A stretch of DNA of 64,000 nt from an uncultured Planctomycetales bacterium (GTDB lineage: Bacteria > Omnitrophota > Gorgyraeia > Zapsychrales > Zapsychraceae). The stretch covers positions 1,232 through 65,231 of the forward strand of contig CAZHWM010000012.1 of assembly GCA_964535935.1 (NCBI GenBank). The letters are read 5' to 3'. Below the pieces are notes generated by a model. The model saw nothing but the letters and a program-made list of their open reading frames with translations. It searched no databases and was not told where the DNA came from. This document shows, one piece after another, positions 29,381-40,903 of the stretch. Both the position numbers and the translations under genes were made by a program. Every line of letters begins with the position of its first letter. Position 1 is the first letter of the stretch.

Positions 29381-32002
29381 ATGGATAAAGAAAGATTATT
29401 TTTATTGGATGGGCATGGGTTATGTTATAGGGCATTTTTTGCGATAAAAGGGCTCTCTACAAGTCATGGACGTGCCACAAATGCTGTTTTAGGTATGGTT
29501 AATACACTTAATAAAATACTTCGTGATTATCAACCAGAGTATATGGCAATATGTTTCGATTCTAAGGAAAAGACAAATCGTGCCAAGAAATTTGCAGAAT
29601 ATAAAATACATAGGCCAAGCATGCCTGCTGACTTAAGGGATCAAATCCCTGTCATTAAAGATATAGTTAAGGCATATAATATTGCTATATTTGAGGTAGG
29701 CGGGTTTGAGGCAGATGATATTATTGCGACATTGTCAAAGTGGGCAGTATCTCAAGGGATAGAAGTAGTGATTGTTAGTGAAGATAAAGATTTATATCAA
29801 ATAGTTGATAAAAATATTTTGTTTTTTAGCCCTAAAAAGGGAGAAATATTAGATAGTCAAGATATTGCTAAACTGTTGGGGTTCCCGCCTAATAAGATAA
29901 CAGATTTTATTGCACTGGCAGGAGACAGTAGTGATAATATACCAGGGGTGCGGGGAGTAGGAGAGGCTACTGCCAAGAGGCTTTTGTTGAAATTTGGAAA
30001 CCTTGAAAAGATCTTTGATAATTTGGATCATATTAATGTTCCAAGATTAAGAAAAAGGTTACAAGAGAGTAAAGATATTGCGTTTTTAAGTAAAGAGCTT
30101 GCTGTATTAGATACTGAAGTAGCAGTGGACTGTGACCTAAAGAAATTAAAAATAGGAGTGCCTGATAAACGTCTTCTTTTTAACTTGTTCAAACAGCTTG
30201 AATTCAAAAAAATGGCAGAAGATTTTTCTCCCGGTAGTCATAATAAGCAAATCAATACAGTCCATATATTAACTTCAGAGGCAGTGAAAAAACTGATATC
30301 TAATATTAATGAGTCAGGGGAATTTGCATATTTGGTCACAGCGTTGGATGAAGATAAAAACGATGATAATAATGTAATATTATTTGATGATTCGAATTCA
30401 AAAAATAAAGGGTGTATAGTTATATCTTTGGGTGAAGATGATAAAATCTATTGTGTCCCGTCATCTTTTTTTAGCGTTATTAAAGAAATTTTTGATAATA
30501 ATAACATTCTAAAAATCACCTATGACATAAAGGCATCTCTTAAGGTATTAAAAGCTTACGGATGTGGATTAAAAGGAGATATATTTGATGTAATGCTGGC
30601 AGGATATCTATTACGGCCTATGCATGCCTCCTCAAAAATAGATAATATGGCATGGGAATATTTAGGTGAGAGTGTAAAGACTGGCAGAGGAGAGGATTTA
30701 TTATCTCGTAAATGTGATATAGTTTATAGATTAAAATCCAAACTGCAAAACGAACTTGAAAAAAAAGAACTTATAGAATTATTTCGAGATATAGAGATTC
30801 CACTTTCATTTGTGCTTTTTAAGATGGAAGAATATGGGGTGAAACTAGATATCCATATTTTGGCAGAGTTATCTCAGAAGTGTGATGAGAAAATTAAAGA
30901 ATTGCAGTCTAAATTATTTAAAATGGCAGGTACAGAATTTAATCTTAATTCTCCTAAACAATTAAGCCATATCTTGTTTGATAAGCTGGGACTTCCTGTG
31001 ATAAAACGGACAAAAACAGGGGCTTCTACAAATGAAGAGGTTCTTAATAAACTCGCACAGATAAATGAACTGCCTGCTATGATATTAGAATATAGGCAGA
31101 TAACAAAATTGAAATCAACGTATATAGACGCATTACCTAAGATGATAAATAAAGCTACAGGGCGTATACATGCCTGTTTTGATCAAACAGGCACAGAAAC
31201 TGGTCGTTTGAGTTCAAGAGACCCTAATCTTCAAAATATTCCTGTGCGGACAGAACTTGGCAGACAAATACGAAAGGCATTCATTCCTTCAGAAGAAGGC
31301 ATGTTAATGCTTGCTGCCGATTATTCGCAGATAGAATTGCGTATACTTGCGCATCTTTCTCAAGATGAAAATCTTACAAGGGCATTTAAAAATGGAGAAG
31401 ACATACATAGTTATACTGCCTCATTAATCTTTGATACTTCTATCAGTAATCTGACGCCTCAGATGAGAAATGCCGCTAAAAAAGTAAACTTTGGTATTAT
31501 TTATGGTATGAGTGCCTTTGGTCTTGCAAAAGACCTTCATATTTCCCAGACAGAGGCTCAGGAATTCATTGATAAATATTTTTTACGGTATCCCAGAGTT
31601 AAGGAATTTATGGAGGAATCAATTAGGCTATGTGAAGATAAAGGTTTTGTTGTTACTTTATTAAATAGGAGGAGGTATCTTCCTGAGATAAACAGTAGCA
31701 ATAATTCTCTCAGGCAGTTTGCTCAAAGGCAGGCTATTAATACACGTGTACAAGGTTCGGCAGCAGACCTTATTAAACTTGCTATGATAAATATACAGAA
31801 AACCATTGATGAGCAGAAGATGTCTACAAAAATGCTTATGACAATACATGATGAACTTGTCTTTGAATCACCTTTGACTGAAAAGGTAGAAACTTTAGAT
31901 ATGATAAGGGATAAAATGGAAAATGCCCTTACATTATCTGTCCCTATAAAGGTAGTAATAAAAACAGGTAACAATTGGCTTGAAATGAGAGAGGAAAAAT
32001 GA
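29381..32002 (+). CDS. polA: DNA polymerase I
   Basis: 5' nuclease LFLLDGHGLCYRAFFA; pol motifs DYSQIELRILAHLS, QGSAADLIK, HDELVFE. The ExoI DxE motif appears lost (FAYLVTALDED), so 3'-5' proofreading is probably inactive. ATG 29381 is preferred over TTG 29321. Confidence 0.95.
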   Translation: MDKERLFLLDGHGLCYRAFFAIKGLSTSHGRATNAVLGMVNTLNKILRDYQPEYMAICFDSKEKTNRAKKFAEYKIHRPSMPADLRDQIPVIKDIVKAYNIAIFEVGGFEADDIIATLSKWAVSQGIEVVIVSEDKDLYQIVDKNILFFSPKKGEILDSQDIAKLLGFPPNKITDFIALAGDSSDNIPGVRGVGEATAKRLLLKFGNLEKIFDNLDHINVPRLRKRLQESKDIAFLSKELAVLDTEVAVDCDLKKLKIGVPDKRLLFNLFKQLEFKKMAEDFSPGSHNKQINTVHILTSEAVKKLISNINESGEFAYLVTALDEDKNDDNNVILFDDSNSKNKGCIVISLGEDDKIYCVPSSFFSVIKEIFDNNNILKITYDIKASLKVLKAYGCGLKGDIFDVMLAGYLLRPMHASSKIDNMAWEYLGESVKTGRGEDLLSRKCDIVYRLKSKLQNELEKKELIELFRDIEIPLSFVLFKMEEYGVKLDIHILAELSQKCDEKIKELQSKLFKMAGTEFNLNSPKQLSHILFDKLGLPVIKRTKTGASTNEEVLNKLAQINELPAMILEYRQITKLKSTYIDALPKMINKATGRIHACFDQTGTETGRLSSRDPNLQNIPVRTELGRQIRKAFIPSEEGMLMLAADYSQIELRILAHLSQDENLTRAFKNGEDIHSYTASLIFDTSISNLTPQMRNAAKKVNFGIIYGMSAFGLAKDLHISQTEAQEFIDKYFLRYPRVKEFMEESIRLCEDKGFVVTLLNRRRYLPEINSSNNSLRQFAQRQAINTRVQGSAADLIKLAMINIQKTIDEQKMSTKMLMTIHDELVFESPLTEKVETLDMIRDKMENALTLSVPIKVVIKTGNNWLEMREEK

Positions 32003-33426
32003 AAGTAGCATTTTGTTCTTCAGAAGTATTTCCGTTTGCAAAGACAGGGGGATTAGCGGATGTATGTGGAGCGTTGCCGTTGGCTTTAGAGAATTTAGGA
32101 GTGCAGGTAGTAATTTTCATGCCTATGTATAAAAATATTAATATAGGAGAACAGGTTCCTGCAAAAATAAATGACAGCCTTTCGAGATTGGTAATAGGAG
32201 AAGGGGTAGAAGTGTTTTTTATAGAAAATTCGGATTTTTTCTATCGAGATAACCTTTATGGCGATACTAATGGAGATTATTCGGACAATCTTGAGAGGTT
32301 TCAATTTTATTGTAGGCAGGTGTTTAAAAATATAGAAGAACTTAATTTAGACATTGATATTATTCATTGTCATGATTGGCAGGCCTCGCTTATTCCTGTT
32401 TATTTAAAGGAAAAATATGCAGATAAACAAAATTATTCAAAGATTAAATCTGTATTAACTATTCATAATCTTGCTTTTCAGGGGATTTTTCCAAAGGAAA
32501 AATTTCCTGTATTGGGATTAGATGCTGAATTATTTAATACTTCAGCGTTTGAATTTTTTGGACAGATTAATTTATTGAAGGCTGGGATTATTTATTGTGA
32601 CAAGGTAACAACTGTAAGTGAAAATTATGCAAAACAGATTCAAACAAAGGAATTTGGGTGTGGATTGGAAGACGTATTGCGTAGCAAGACAAATGGAGTG
32701 GTAGGTATATTGAATGGTGTAGATTATAAAATATGGAACCCAGAATCTGACAAATTTATATACAGTAATTATTCATCAGTTGACTATTTATGGAAGAAAG
32801 CAGAAAACAAATCCATACTTCAACAAAAGTTTAATTTAAAAGAAGATGATGATATCCCGTTATTTGGTTTTGTGGGCAGGCTTTGTCAACAAAAAGGACT
32901 TGATCTTATATCTGAGATAATAAAAGAACCGAAGTTACCTGATATACAGATTATTATTCAGGGGATAGGTGAAGAGAGGTATCACAATCTTCTTACTGAT
33001 TTGGCACAACAATATCCAGATAAACTTGCTATCTGTTTTGAGTTTGATGAAAAAACAGCACATCAGATTTATGCTGGTGCAGATATGTTTTTAATGCCTT
33101 CAGAATTTGAACCCTGCGGGTTAAGTCAGATGATAAGTTTAAGATATGGTACAATCCCTATAGTATTTCATACTGGCGGATTAGCAGACACTATAATTGA
33201 TTATAATGAGAATAATTATAACGGTAATGGATTTGTGTTTAAGGATTATAATAAGGAAGCGTTTGCCGATGCAATAAGGCGTGCTATAGAATTTTTTAAG
33301 GATACAGAACATCGAGCTAAATTGATAGGCAATGCATTTGGTGCTGATTTTTCGTGGGATAAATCCGCATATGATTATTATCGGCTTTATAAAGAATGCA
33401 TGGATATGGTACATGATGATGAGTAA
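31999..33426 (+). CDS. glgA: Glycogen synthase (ADP-glucose type)
   Basis: EVFPFAKTGGLADV; GT5 layout; ATGA overlap with polA. Confidence 0.9.
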   Translation: MKVAFCSSEVFPFAKTGGLADVCGALPLALENLGVQVVIFMPMYKNINIGEQVPAKINDSLSRLVIGEGVEVFFIENSDFFYRDNLYGDTNGDYSDNLERFQFYCRQVFKNIEELNLDIDIIHCHDWQASLIPVYLKEKYADKQNYSKIKSVLTIHNLAFQGIFPKEKFPVLGLDAELFNTSAFEFFGQINLLKAGIIYCDKVTTVSENYAKQIQTKEFGCGLEDVLRSKTNGVVGILNGVDYKIWNPESDKFIYSNYSSVDYLWKKAENKSILQQKFNLKEDDDIPLFGFVGRLCQQKGLDLISEIIKEPKLPDIQIIIQGIGEERYHNLLTDLAQQYPDKLAICFEFDEKTAHQIYAGADMFLMPSEFEPCGLSQMISLRYGTIPIVFHTGGLADTIIDYNENNYNGNGFVFKDYNKEAFADAIRRAIEFFKDTEHRAKLIGNAFGADFSWDKSAYDYYRLYKECMDMVHDDE

Positions 33427-33462
33427 TAAGAAGAGATGTTATGATGTTATTAAATTTTTACT

Positions 33463-34071
33463 ATGGCTATTGTAATTGGTATAACAGGTAGCCTATGTTC
33501 AGGCAAAACAACGGCAGCTTCTATATTTGCAAAGTTAGGTGCAGTAATAATTGATGCAGATAGGATAGTTCATAGGCTTATCCAAAAAGATGGGACATGT
33601 TTTAGAGATGTTGTGAGTGCTTTTGGAACTGATGTAGTAAGCAAAGATGGTATCAACAGAAGAAAATTAGCAGACATTGTTTTTAAAGATAAAGAGAAGT
33701 TACGACAGCTGGAAAACATCATTCATCCTGCCGTTGTAAAAGAAATTAAAAAGCAGGTTGAAGAATTTAAAAAGACAAATACTGATAATGCAGTGCTTGT
33801 TCTTGATGTGCCGTTGTTATTTGAGTCAGGGCTATCAACGGTTACAGACTTTAATATTGTAGTAAATGCTTCTTATGAAGAAAGGATAAAAAGGGCTATT
33901 AATAAACTTAAAATAAGCAGGGCAGATGCGGTTAGGAGGATTTCAGCACAGATGCCGGTCAGAGAAAAGATACGTATGGCAGATTTTGTATTAGACAATA
34001 ATAAAGGTAAGCAGCATATGAGAAAGCAACTAAAGAATATTTGTAGAGAGATATTGGGTGAAAGGAAATAA
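33463..34071 (+). CDS. coaE: Dephospho-CoA kinase
   Basis: IGITGSLCSGKTT P-loop at the N-terminus; size ~200 aa. Confidence 0.9.
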   Translation: MAIVIGITGSLCSGKTTAASIFAKLGAVIIDADRIVHRLIQKDGTCFRDVVSAFGTDVVSKDGINRRKLADIVFKDKEKLRQLENIIHPAVVKEIKKQVEEFKKTNTDNAVLVLDVPLLFESGLSTVTDFNIVVNASYEERIKRAINKLKISRADAVRRISAQMPVREKIRMADFVLDNNKGKQHMRKQLKNICREILGERK

Positions 34072-34107
34072 ATTCCTATTATTAACTATAATCAATAATA
34101 ATATATC

Positions 34108-35499
34108 ATGGCAAAACAAATCAATCAAAGAAGGAGAAAGGGAATAATGGGTGAAAGATCTTCGCAGGAGAAAGATGTCCAGAAAACAACTCATAATAGG
34201 CAGGATCGTAATAGTGATCTGCCTCGTAAAATTGACACAGAAGAACATTTGGATATTACAAAATTAAAAAATATGAGGATGTCAGAGTTAACAAAACTGG
34301 CAAAGGATATGGGAATTAATGGGATTAGCGGTATTAGAAAACAGGATTTAATATTTAAAGTATTACAAAAACAGGCTGAGAAGGTAGGTTTAATGTTTGG
34401 TGAGGGGACGTTAGAGATTCTTCCTGAAGGTTTCGGTTTCTTAAGAAGTGCTAATTATAATTATCTTCCCTGTCCAGATGATATCTATATATCGCCATCT
34501 CAGATACGTAGATTTGATCTTAAGACAGGCGATACGGTAAGCGGGCATATTCGCCCGCCTAAGGAAGGAGAGAAATATTTCGCTTTGCTTAAAGTAGAGG
34601 CGGTTAATTTTGAGAATCCGGAAAAGTGTAAAGAGAAGATATTTTTTGATAATCTTACACCTTTATACCCTAAGGAAAGAATTGTATTAGAGACTTCACC
34701 TGATGAGATATCTACCCGTATTATGGATTTATTTACCCCTCTAGGGAAAGGACAACGTGCGTTGATTGTTGCCCCTCCTTATAGTGGAAAGACTGTTTTA
34801 ATGCAAAAGATAGCAAATGCTATAACACAAAACCATCCGGATATTATACTTATTGTGTTGTTGATAGATGAACGTCCGGAAGAGGTAACCGACATGCAAA
34901 GAAGCGTTAAAGGGACGGTTATATCTTCAACCTTTGACGAACCAGCAGAACGTCATGTCCAGATAGCAGAGATAGTACTCGAAAAGGCTAAACGGCTTGT
35001 GGAACACAAACGGGATGTTGTTATTCTTTTGGATAGCATAACTCGTCTTGCACGTGCTTATAATACCGTTGTCCCTCACAGTGGTAAAATTTTATCAGGA
35101 GGTGTTGACTCAAATGCATTGCATAAACCAAAACGTTTTTTTGGGGCTGCACGTGCAGTAGAAGAAGGTGGTAGTCTCACAGTTATTGCCACAGCATTAA
35201 TAGAAACAGGCAGCAGGATGGATGAAGTTATATTTGAGGAGTTCAAAGGAACAGGCAATATGGAATTACAGCTTGACCGAAATCTATTTCAGCGTAGAAT
35301 ATATCCTGCTATTGATATAAAGCGTTCCAATACAAGACATGAAGAATTTCTTGTTAGTCAGGACGATCTTCAGAGAATATGGTTACTTAGAAAGGTAGTG
35401 GTAGACCTCAATTCTGCGGAGGCAATGGAACTTTTGATAAGCAGGATAAAAAAATATAAAACTAATAAGGAATTTCTTGAAAATCTTAGTAATGAATAA
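34108..35499 (+). CDS. rho: Transcription termination factor Rho
   Basis: Rho N-terminal/CSD region ([16 protein letters not shown]), Walker [22 protein letters not shown]. It carries a ~50 aa basic/polar N-terminal extension. Confidence 0.95.
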   Translation: MAKQINQRRRKGIMGERSSQEKDVQKTTHNRQDRNSDLPRKIDTEEHLDITKLKNMRMSELTKLAKDMGINGISGIRKQDLIFKVLQKQAEKVGLMFGEGTLEILPEGFGFLRSANYNYLPCPDDIYISPSQIRRFDLKTGDTVSGHIRPPKEGEKYFALLKVEAVNFENPEKCKEKIFFDNLTPLYPKERIVLETSPDEISTRIMDLFTPLGKGQRALIVAPPYSGKTVLMQKIANAITQNHPDIILIVLLIDERPEEVTDMQRSVKGTVISSTFDEPAERHVQIAEIVLEKAKRLVEHKRDVVILLDSITRLARAYNTVVPHSGKILSGGVDSNALHKPKRFFGAARAVEEGGSLTVIATALIETGSRMDEVIFEEFKGTGNMELQLDRNLFQRRIYPAIDIKRSNTRHEEFLVSQDDLQRIWLLRKVVVDLNSAEAMELLISRIKKYKTNKEFLENLSNE

Positions 35500-35573
35500 A
35501 GTTGGGTTGAATTATAATTAAGGATAATTTTTAGACAAATACAAAATAAAATGATAGGAGGAAATAATAAAAG

Positions 35574-35777
35574 ATGAAAAAAGATATTCACCCAAACTAT
35601 GAAGAAACAACTATTACATGCGCATGTGGAGAGGTTATTCATACACGGTCAACAAAAAAGAATATCCGTGTTGAGATATGCTCAAAATGCCATCCTTTTT
35701 TTACTGGTGATAAAAAGTTTGTGGATACAGCAGGAAGGATTGAGCGGTTTGAGCGCAGATATAAAAAGAAAAAATAA
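35574..35777 (+). CDS. rpmE: 50S ribosomal protein L31 (Zn-ribbon form)
   Basis: [23 protein letters not shown]. Confidence 0.95.
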   Translation: MKKDIHPNYEETTITCACGEVIHTRSTKKNIRVEICSKCHPFFTGDKKFVDTAGRIERFERRYKKKK

Positions 35778-35796
35778 TTTAATTGTATATTAAATA

Positions 35797-35837
35797 GCTA
35801 ATGGCACAATTAAATATGATTAGATTGTGCCATTAGC
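35797..35837 (+). terminator. Perfect 14-bp hairpin downstream of rpmE
   Basis: GCTAATGGCACAAT / 13-nt loop / ATTGTGCCATTAGC. No immediate U-tract follows, so terminator function is uncertain. Confidence 0.4.
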
Positions 35838-35946
35838 ATAGCATGAAAAAATTTTGTAATTTTTTCAAAAACAGATTATTTAAATTATAAATTTATTTGG
35901 GAGAATAAGAAGATTATTTTTCATAAATAAAGTTTGAGTTAATATT

Positions 35947-37002
35947 ATGTTGGGAAAGCTTCGGGAGACAGAACAAAGATACAAAGAACTGGAAAAATTG
36001 CTCGCATCAAGTGAGGTAATAGCTGATCAGGAGAAATATAAAAAACTTGCTAAAGAATTTGCAGATATAACTCCTCTTGTAACAGCCTTTAATGAATATA
36101 AAGAAGAAGTAAGTCAAATAGAAGAGCTTACTATGTTGCTTAAAGAGAAGCATGATGATGAATTTAATGCTTTGATAAGAGAAGAGTTGAAGGAAGCGAA
36201 AAAGAAAAAAGAGGAGATATTAAAAAAGATAGAAGATCTAACTACTCCTAAACATGAGATTAAAGACAGAGATCTTATTATAGAGATACGAGCGGGAACA
36301 GGTGGGCAAGAGGCCAGTCTGTTTGCTGCTGATTTATACAGGATGTATGTGAAATATGCAGATAGAAAAGGCTGGAAGGTAGAAAACATAAGCTGTCATG
36401 AGTCTGATACAGGTGGATTCAAGGAGATAATATTTAGTATCAGTGGGAAAGGAGCAGAAAGCAGGCTTAAATGGGAGAGCGGTGCCCATCGTGTTCAAAG
36501 AATTCCTACTACAGAGTCTTCCGGAAGAATCCATACTTCTGCAGCTACTGTTGCAGTTATGTTTGAACCGGAAGAGGTAGATGTAAAAATAGATCCAAAA
36601 GATTTAAAAATAGATATATTTCGGTCATCTGGGCCAGGGGGACAGAGCGTTAATACGACAGATTCTGCTGTCAGGATTACTCACCTACCAACAGGGATAG
36701 TTGTAACATGTCAAGATGAACGTTCTCAATTAAAAAATAAACAGAAAGCGATGAGGGTTCTTCGTGCCAGATTATCTGCCAAGATAGAACAGGAGAAATA
36801 TGAAGAAACATCCAGAGATAGGAAACTCAAAGTAGGTTCTGGTGATAGAAGTGAAAAAATACGTACTTATAATTATCCTGACAGACGTGTTACAGACCAC
36901 CGTATAGGGTTTACAACCCATAAATTGGCTGCTATCATGGACGGTGATTTAGACGAAATAACTGAAGCATTGATGAAAGCAGAAAAAGAACAAAACGATT
37001 AG
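35947..37002 (+). CDS. prfA: Peptide chain release factor 1
   Basis: GGQ motif (SGPGGQSVNTT) and an RF1-type PxT tripeptide (IPTTES). Confidence 0.95.
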   Translation: MLGKLRETEQRYKELEKLLASSEVIADQEKYKKLAKEFADITPLVTAFNEYKEEVSQIEELTMLLKEKHDDEFNALIREELKEAKKKKEEILKKIEDLTTPKHEIKDRDLIIEIRAGTGGQEASLFAADLYRMYVKYADRKGWKVENISCHESDTGGFKEIIFSISGKGAESRLKWESGAHRVQRIPTTESSGRIHTSAATVAVMFEPEEVDVKIDPKDLKIDIFRSSGPGGQSVNTTDSAVRITHLPTGIVVTCQDERSQLKNKQKAMRVLRARLSAKIEQEKYEETSRDRKLKVGSGDRSEKIRTYNYPDRRVTDHRIGFTTHKLAAIMDGDLDEITEALMKAEKEQND

Positions 37003-37035
37003 TCATCCTAATTAGGATTAATGTTGCTATAAGAG

Positions 37036-37848
37036 ATGACAGAAACAGAGTTGATGTTGATATCGATATTAAATTGCAGTCGCATTGATTTGTTTCTCAA
37101 TAAAAGAAAACTTACCAAAAAAGAGCAAGCTCAATTTAATGCGATGCAGGCCCGAAGGAAGATGCATGAGCCATTACAATATATTATAGGCACCTGTGAT
37201 TTTATGGGAATAGATCTGAATGTGGACAGACGAGTACTTATCCCAAGACCTGAGACAGAGTTGTTAGTTGATATAGCTATAAGGACTATAACTTCTGCTA
37301 AGCTTTCCTTCTATAATGGTATATTAAATATTCTAGATATTGGAACAGGTTCTGGCAATATAGCAATTGCCCTTACCAAGAATCTTAATAATTGCACGGT
37401 TACAACAATAGATATATCAAAAGATGCAATAGAACTGGCCAGGGCTAATGCATGCCGTCACGGTGTCTCTGATAGAATTAAATTTATCCATTCAGACGTA
37501 TCATCGTTTCTTAATCAGGCAAAGATAGTAGGCAAACAGTATGACATGATTATTTCTAATCCGCCTTATATACCTACTCCTATGCTTCCAAAACTTCCGA
37601 AGGATGTACGCTTTGAACCTATTATTGCTTTAGATGGGGGAGAAGATGGTCTCTGTTTTTTTAAGATTATTATTTCTGCTGCAACTTATATAATCCGTAA
37701 AAACGGTTTTCTGTTTATAGAAATTGGGGACGGCCAGGATGATGATATTGCCCAGATATTTCAGGATAATAGATATTACAATAAGGTGTCTTTTTATAAA
37801 GATTATACTAATGTAAATCGAATTGTGTCTGCTAATGTGACTATATAA
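37036..37848 (+). CDS. prmC: Release-factor glutamine N5-methyltransferase
   Basis: LDIGTGSGNIA SAM motif and NPPY (ISNPPYIP); prfA-prmC order. Confidence 0.9.
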   Translation: MTETELMLISILNCSRIDLFLNKRKLTKKEQAQFNAMQARRKMHEPLQYIIGTCDFMGIDLNVDRRVLIPRPETELLVDIAIRTITSAKLSFYNGILNILDIGTGSGNIAIALTKNLNNCTVTTIDISKDAIELARANACRHGVSDRIKFIHSDVSSFLNQAKIVGKQYDMIISNPPYIPTPMLPKLPKDVRFEPIIALDGGEDGLCFFKIIISAATYIIRKNGFLFIEIGDGQDDDIAQIFQDNRYYNKVSFYKDYTNVNRIVSANVTI

Positions 37849-37913
37849 TAATTTTTGTATAAAGTCGTAAATTTATTATATCATTCATATTTTGTCTCTT
37901 AAGGAATAATTAT

Positions 37914-39179
37914 ATGGAGAAACTTATAATAGAAGGAAGAAGACAACTTAAAGGAGAAGTTTGTATAAGCGGCTCTAAAAACGCATGCCTTCCTATAATG
38001 GCTGCTACATTGTTAACAGAGGAGGCATGTGTTGTTCGTAATGCCCCTGATTTACGCGATACTACTACTATGATAAAATTACTTCGTTCATTAGGTAAGA
38101 AGATAGAGATATCGAATAATAAAATTATAATTACTTCCCAAGGCAAGTTAAATTATGTTGCTGATTATGAATTGGTTTCGACTATGAGAGGATCTTTTTG
38201 TGTATTAGGTCCTTTGCTTGCAAAGCTTAATAAAGCAAAGGTTTCTTTACCTGGGGGGTGTGTGATTGGTATACGCCCGGTAGATCTCCATCTAAAAGGA
38301 TTGGCTTCTTTAGGTGCTAAGATAAGAATAGAGAACGGCTACGTTATTGCCACTACTAAGTATAGATTGAAAGGAGAACGTATATATTTAGGAGGGGTAT
38401 TCGGTTCGTCTGTGCTGGCCACTGCTAATGTTATGATGGCAGCTGTATTGTCAGAGGGAGAAACTATTATAGAATCTGCCGCTTGTGAGCCGGAAATAGA
38501 AGACTTAGCTAAATTTCTTATATCTATGGGAGCTAAAATAAGAGGTAAAGGGACCCCAAGGCTTACCATAACAGGAGTAAAAGCACTTCATGGCGCTACC
38601 CATACGATTATTCCTGACCGTATAGAGGCAGGTACTTATATGTTAATGGCTGCTGCGACAAAAAGTAACATATCTATAAAAAATTCTAATCCTTCCCATC
38701 TGATGGCATTGATAGATAAATTATCACAGGCGGGAATAAAGATATCACTACAAAAAAATATTATCAAGATCTCTTCGCCCAAAAAAATCAAACCTGTAAG
38801 TATAACGACTTATCCTTACCCAGGTTTTCCTACAGATTTACAGGCCCAGTTTATGGCGCTTATGTCTTTGGCAGATGGTGTCAGCATAATCACAGACAAA
38901 GTGTATCCTGATAGATTCATCCATATATCAGAATTAAACCGTATGGGAGCTAATATACGAAGAGAAGGTATAAATGCTATTGTAGAGGGAGTAAAAAGAT
39001 TGCATGGGGCGCCTGTTATGGCATCTGACCTGCGTGCTTCAGCTGCATTAGTAATAGCAGGATTGGCTGCTAAAGGTATAACTGAAATACACCGTATATA
39101 TCATTTAGAGCGGGGATATGAAGACCTTGATAAAAAATTAATACAGCTTGGTGCAAAAGTGTGGAGGGAAAAAGAATAA
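37914..39179 (+). CDS. murA: UDP-N-acetylglucosamine 1-carboxyvinyltransferase
   Basis: GEVCISGSKNACLPIMAA and the active-site Cys loop LPGGCVIGIRPVDLH. Confidence 0.95.
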   Translation: MEKLIIEGRRQLKGEVCISGSKNACLPIMAATLLTEEACVVRNAPDLRDTTTMIKLLRSLGKKIEISNNKIIITSQGKLNYVADYELVSTMRGSFCVLGPLLAKLNKAKVSLPGGCVIGIRPVDLHLKGLASLGAKIRIENGYVIATTKYRLKGERIYLGGVFGSSVLATANVMMAAVLSEGETIIESAACEPEIEDLAKFLISMGAKIRGKGTPRLTITGVKALHGATHTIIPDRIEAGTYMLMAAATKSNISIKNSNPSHLMALIDKLSQAGIKISLQKNIIKISSPKKIKPVSITTYPYPGFPTDLQAQFMALMSLADGVSIITDKVYPDRFIHISELNRMGANIRREGINAIVEGVKRLHGAPVMASDLRASAALVIAGLAAKGITEIHRIYHLERGYEDLDKKLIQLGAKVWREKE

Positions 39180-39205
39180 AGTGTCGCTAAAACAGGAGGG
39201 GAAAG

Positions 39206-40876
39206 ATGAACGGCGCTTTGTTGTTAAGTATAGGGATTATCTTATATTTTATTTGTTATAAATTTTATGGTTCTTATTTGAGCAAATTATTCGGAATTAA
39301 CCCCGGAAATAAAACCCCTGCCCACAAGTTAAACGATGGGATAGATTATCTTCCTGCGAAGGCATCTGTTTTATTTGGCCATCATTTTGCCTCTATCGCA
39401 GGTGCTGGTCCTATAATTGGCCCTATATTAGGAATATGTTTTGGTTGGCTGCCTGCTGTAATATGGATAATATTAGGATGTATTTTTATAGGAGCAGTGC
39501 ATGATTTTAGTGCTTTATTTATATCTATACGGAACGAAGGTCGTTCTATTGGCCATATTATAGAAAAATATATAGGATATATTGGTCGGCAGATATTTTT
39601 ATTTTTTTGTCTTGCTGCGTTACTCTTAGTTATAGCGATGTTTGCCATATTAGTTGCCAAGACTTTTGTTAACTCGCCGGATGTGGCAACCTCATCTATT
39701 CTGTTTATTGCTATTGCAGTGGTTTTCGGGGTTTTGGTATATAAAAAGAATCTACCTTTACCTATTGGCACAGCAATATTTGTCCCTTTACTTTTTATAA
39801 GTATTTATATAGGGACAAAGTTTCCTATGGATTTATCATTATTGATAGGAGTTTCAACGGAACAGGCTAAAAATATATGGTTGTTAATGATATTTATATA
39901 TATATCTATAGCATCAGTGGCACCTGTATGGATATTGCTTCAGCCAAGAGATTATCTTAATTCTTATTTAATGTATTCTATGATTCTTCTGTCTATAGCA
40001 GCAATCATGATAACTGCTCCTAAATTTAATATGCCTGTATTTAACGGTTTTTTTGTTATGGATCCAGTTAAAGGTAAGCTGCAATGGGCTTTATTCCCCC
40101 TGCTATTTGTTATTATTCCCTGTGGGGCATGTTCGGGTTTTCATTCTTTAGTATGTTCCGGCACAACAGCAAAACAACTTGATAACGAGAGGCATATTTT
40201 ACCCATTGGATATGGCGCTATGCTGTTGGAAGGGGTTGTTGCGCTTATTGCACTAATTAGCGTGGCAGGGTTACATAATGGCGAGTATATATCCATTCTA
40301 TCAGAAAAAGGCCCCATATATGCGTTTGCCTCAGGTATATCAGGATTTTGTGAACATCTTAATCTTTCCAGAGATGTAGGTCGTAGTTTTTTATCTTTGA
40401 CAATATCTGCCTTTATTCTAACTACTCTTGATACGGCTGCAAGATTAAGCAGGTTTACACTTCAAGAAATAGTAATGCCAAGATACGGAGCGACTAAGAG
40501 AGAAAATATACAGACCTTTCTTTTAAGAAACCGATATATTGCTACCTTATTTGTTGTTATTATATCAGGATATTTGGCATTTAGCGGGGACGGGGGAAAA
40601 ATTTGGCCTGTTTTTGGTGCATCAAATCAACTATTGGCGGCTTTGGCTTTGCTTACAGCAACAGTGGTTCTTGTAAAGGGGAAAATAAAAATTGTTAGTG
40701 TGTTTTTACCCTTTATCTTTATGATAACCATATCTGTATGGGCATTATTAAAATTGTTGCTTATAAACATGCTCCCTCTTAATCTCCCTCTTTTTACAGC
40801 AAGTTTATTTTTACTTATAATGGCTATTTTTTTGGTAGGAGTGGCTGTAATAAAAATAAACCGTTTTTTTAAATAG
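39206..40876 (+). CDS. cstA: Carbon starvation protein A family transporter
   Basis: GHHFASIAGAGPIIGP signature; about 16 TM helices. Confidence 0.85.
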   Translation: MNGALLLSIGIILYFICYKFYGSYLSKLFGINPGNKTPAHKLNDGIDYLPAKASVLFGHHFASIAGAGPIIGPILGICFGWLPAVIWIILGCIFIGAVHDFSALFISIRNEGRSIGHIIEKYIGYIGRQIFLFFCLAALLLVIAMFAILVAKTFVNSPDVATSSILFIAIAVVFGVLVYKKNLPLPIGTAIFVPLLFISIYIGTKFPMDLSLLIGVSTEQAKNIWLLMIFIYISIASVAPVWILLQPRDYLNSYLMYSMILLSIAAIMITAPKFNMPVFNGFFVMDPVKGKLQWALFPLLFVIIPCGACSGFHSLVCSGTTAKQLDNERHILPIGYGAMLLEGVVALIALISVAGLHNGEYISILSEKGPIYAFASGISGFCEHLNLSRDVGRSFLSLTISAFILTTLDTAARLSRFTLQEIVMPRYGATKRENIQTFLLRNRYIATLFVVIISGYLAFSGDGGKIWPVFGASNQLLAALALLTATVVLVKGKIKIVSVFLPFIFMITISVWALLKLLLINMLPLNLPLFTASLFLLIMAIFLVGVAVIKINRFFK

Positions 40877-40903
40877 ATAATATCTAAAAGAAAAGGAGGC
40901 TAG

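Noticed and set aside
35599-35793. Plus-strand 64-aa ORF overlapping rpmE in another frame
   Set aside because: The rpmE frame gives a textbook L31 sequence, so the alternative frame is a by-product.
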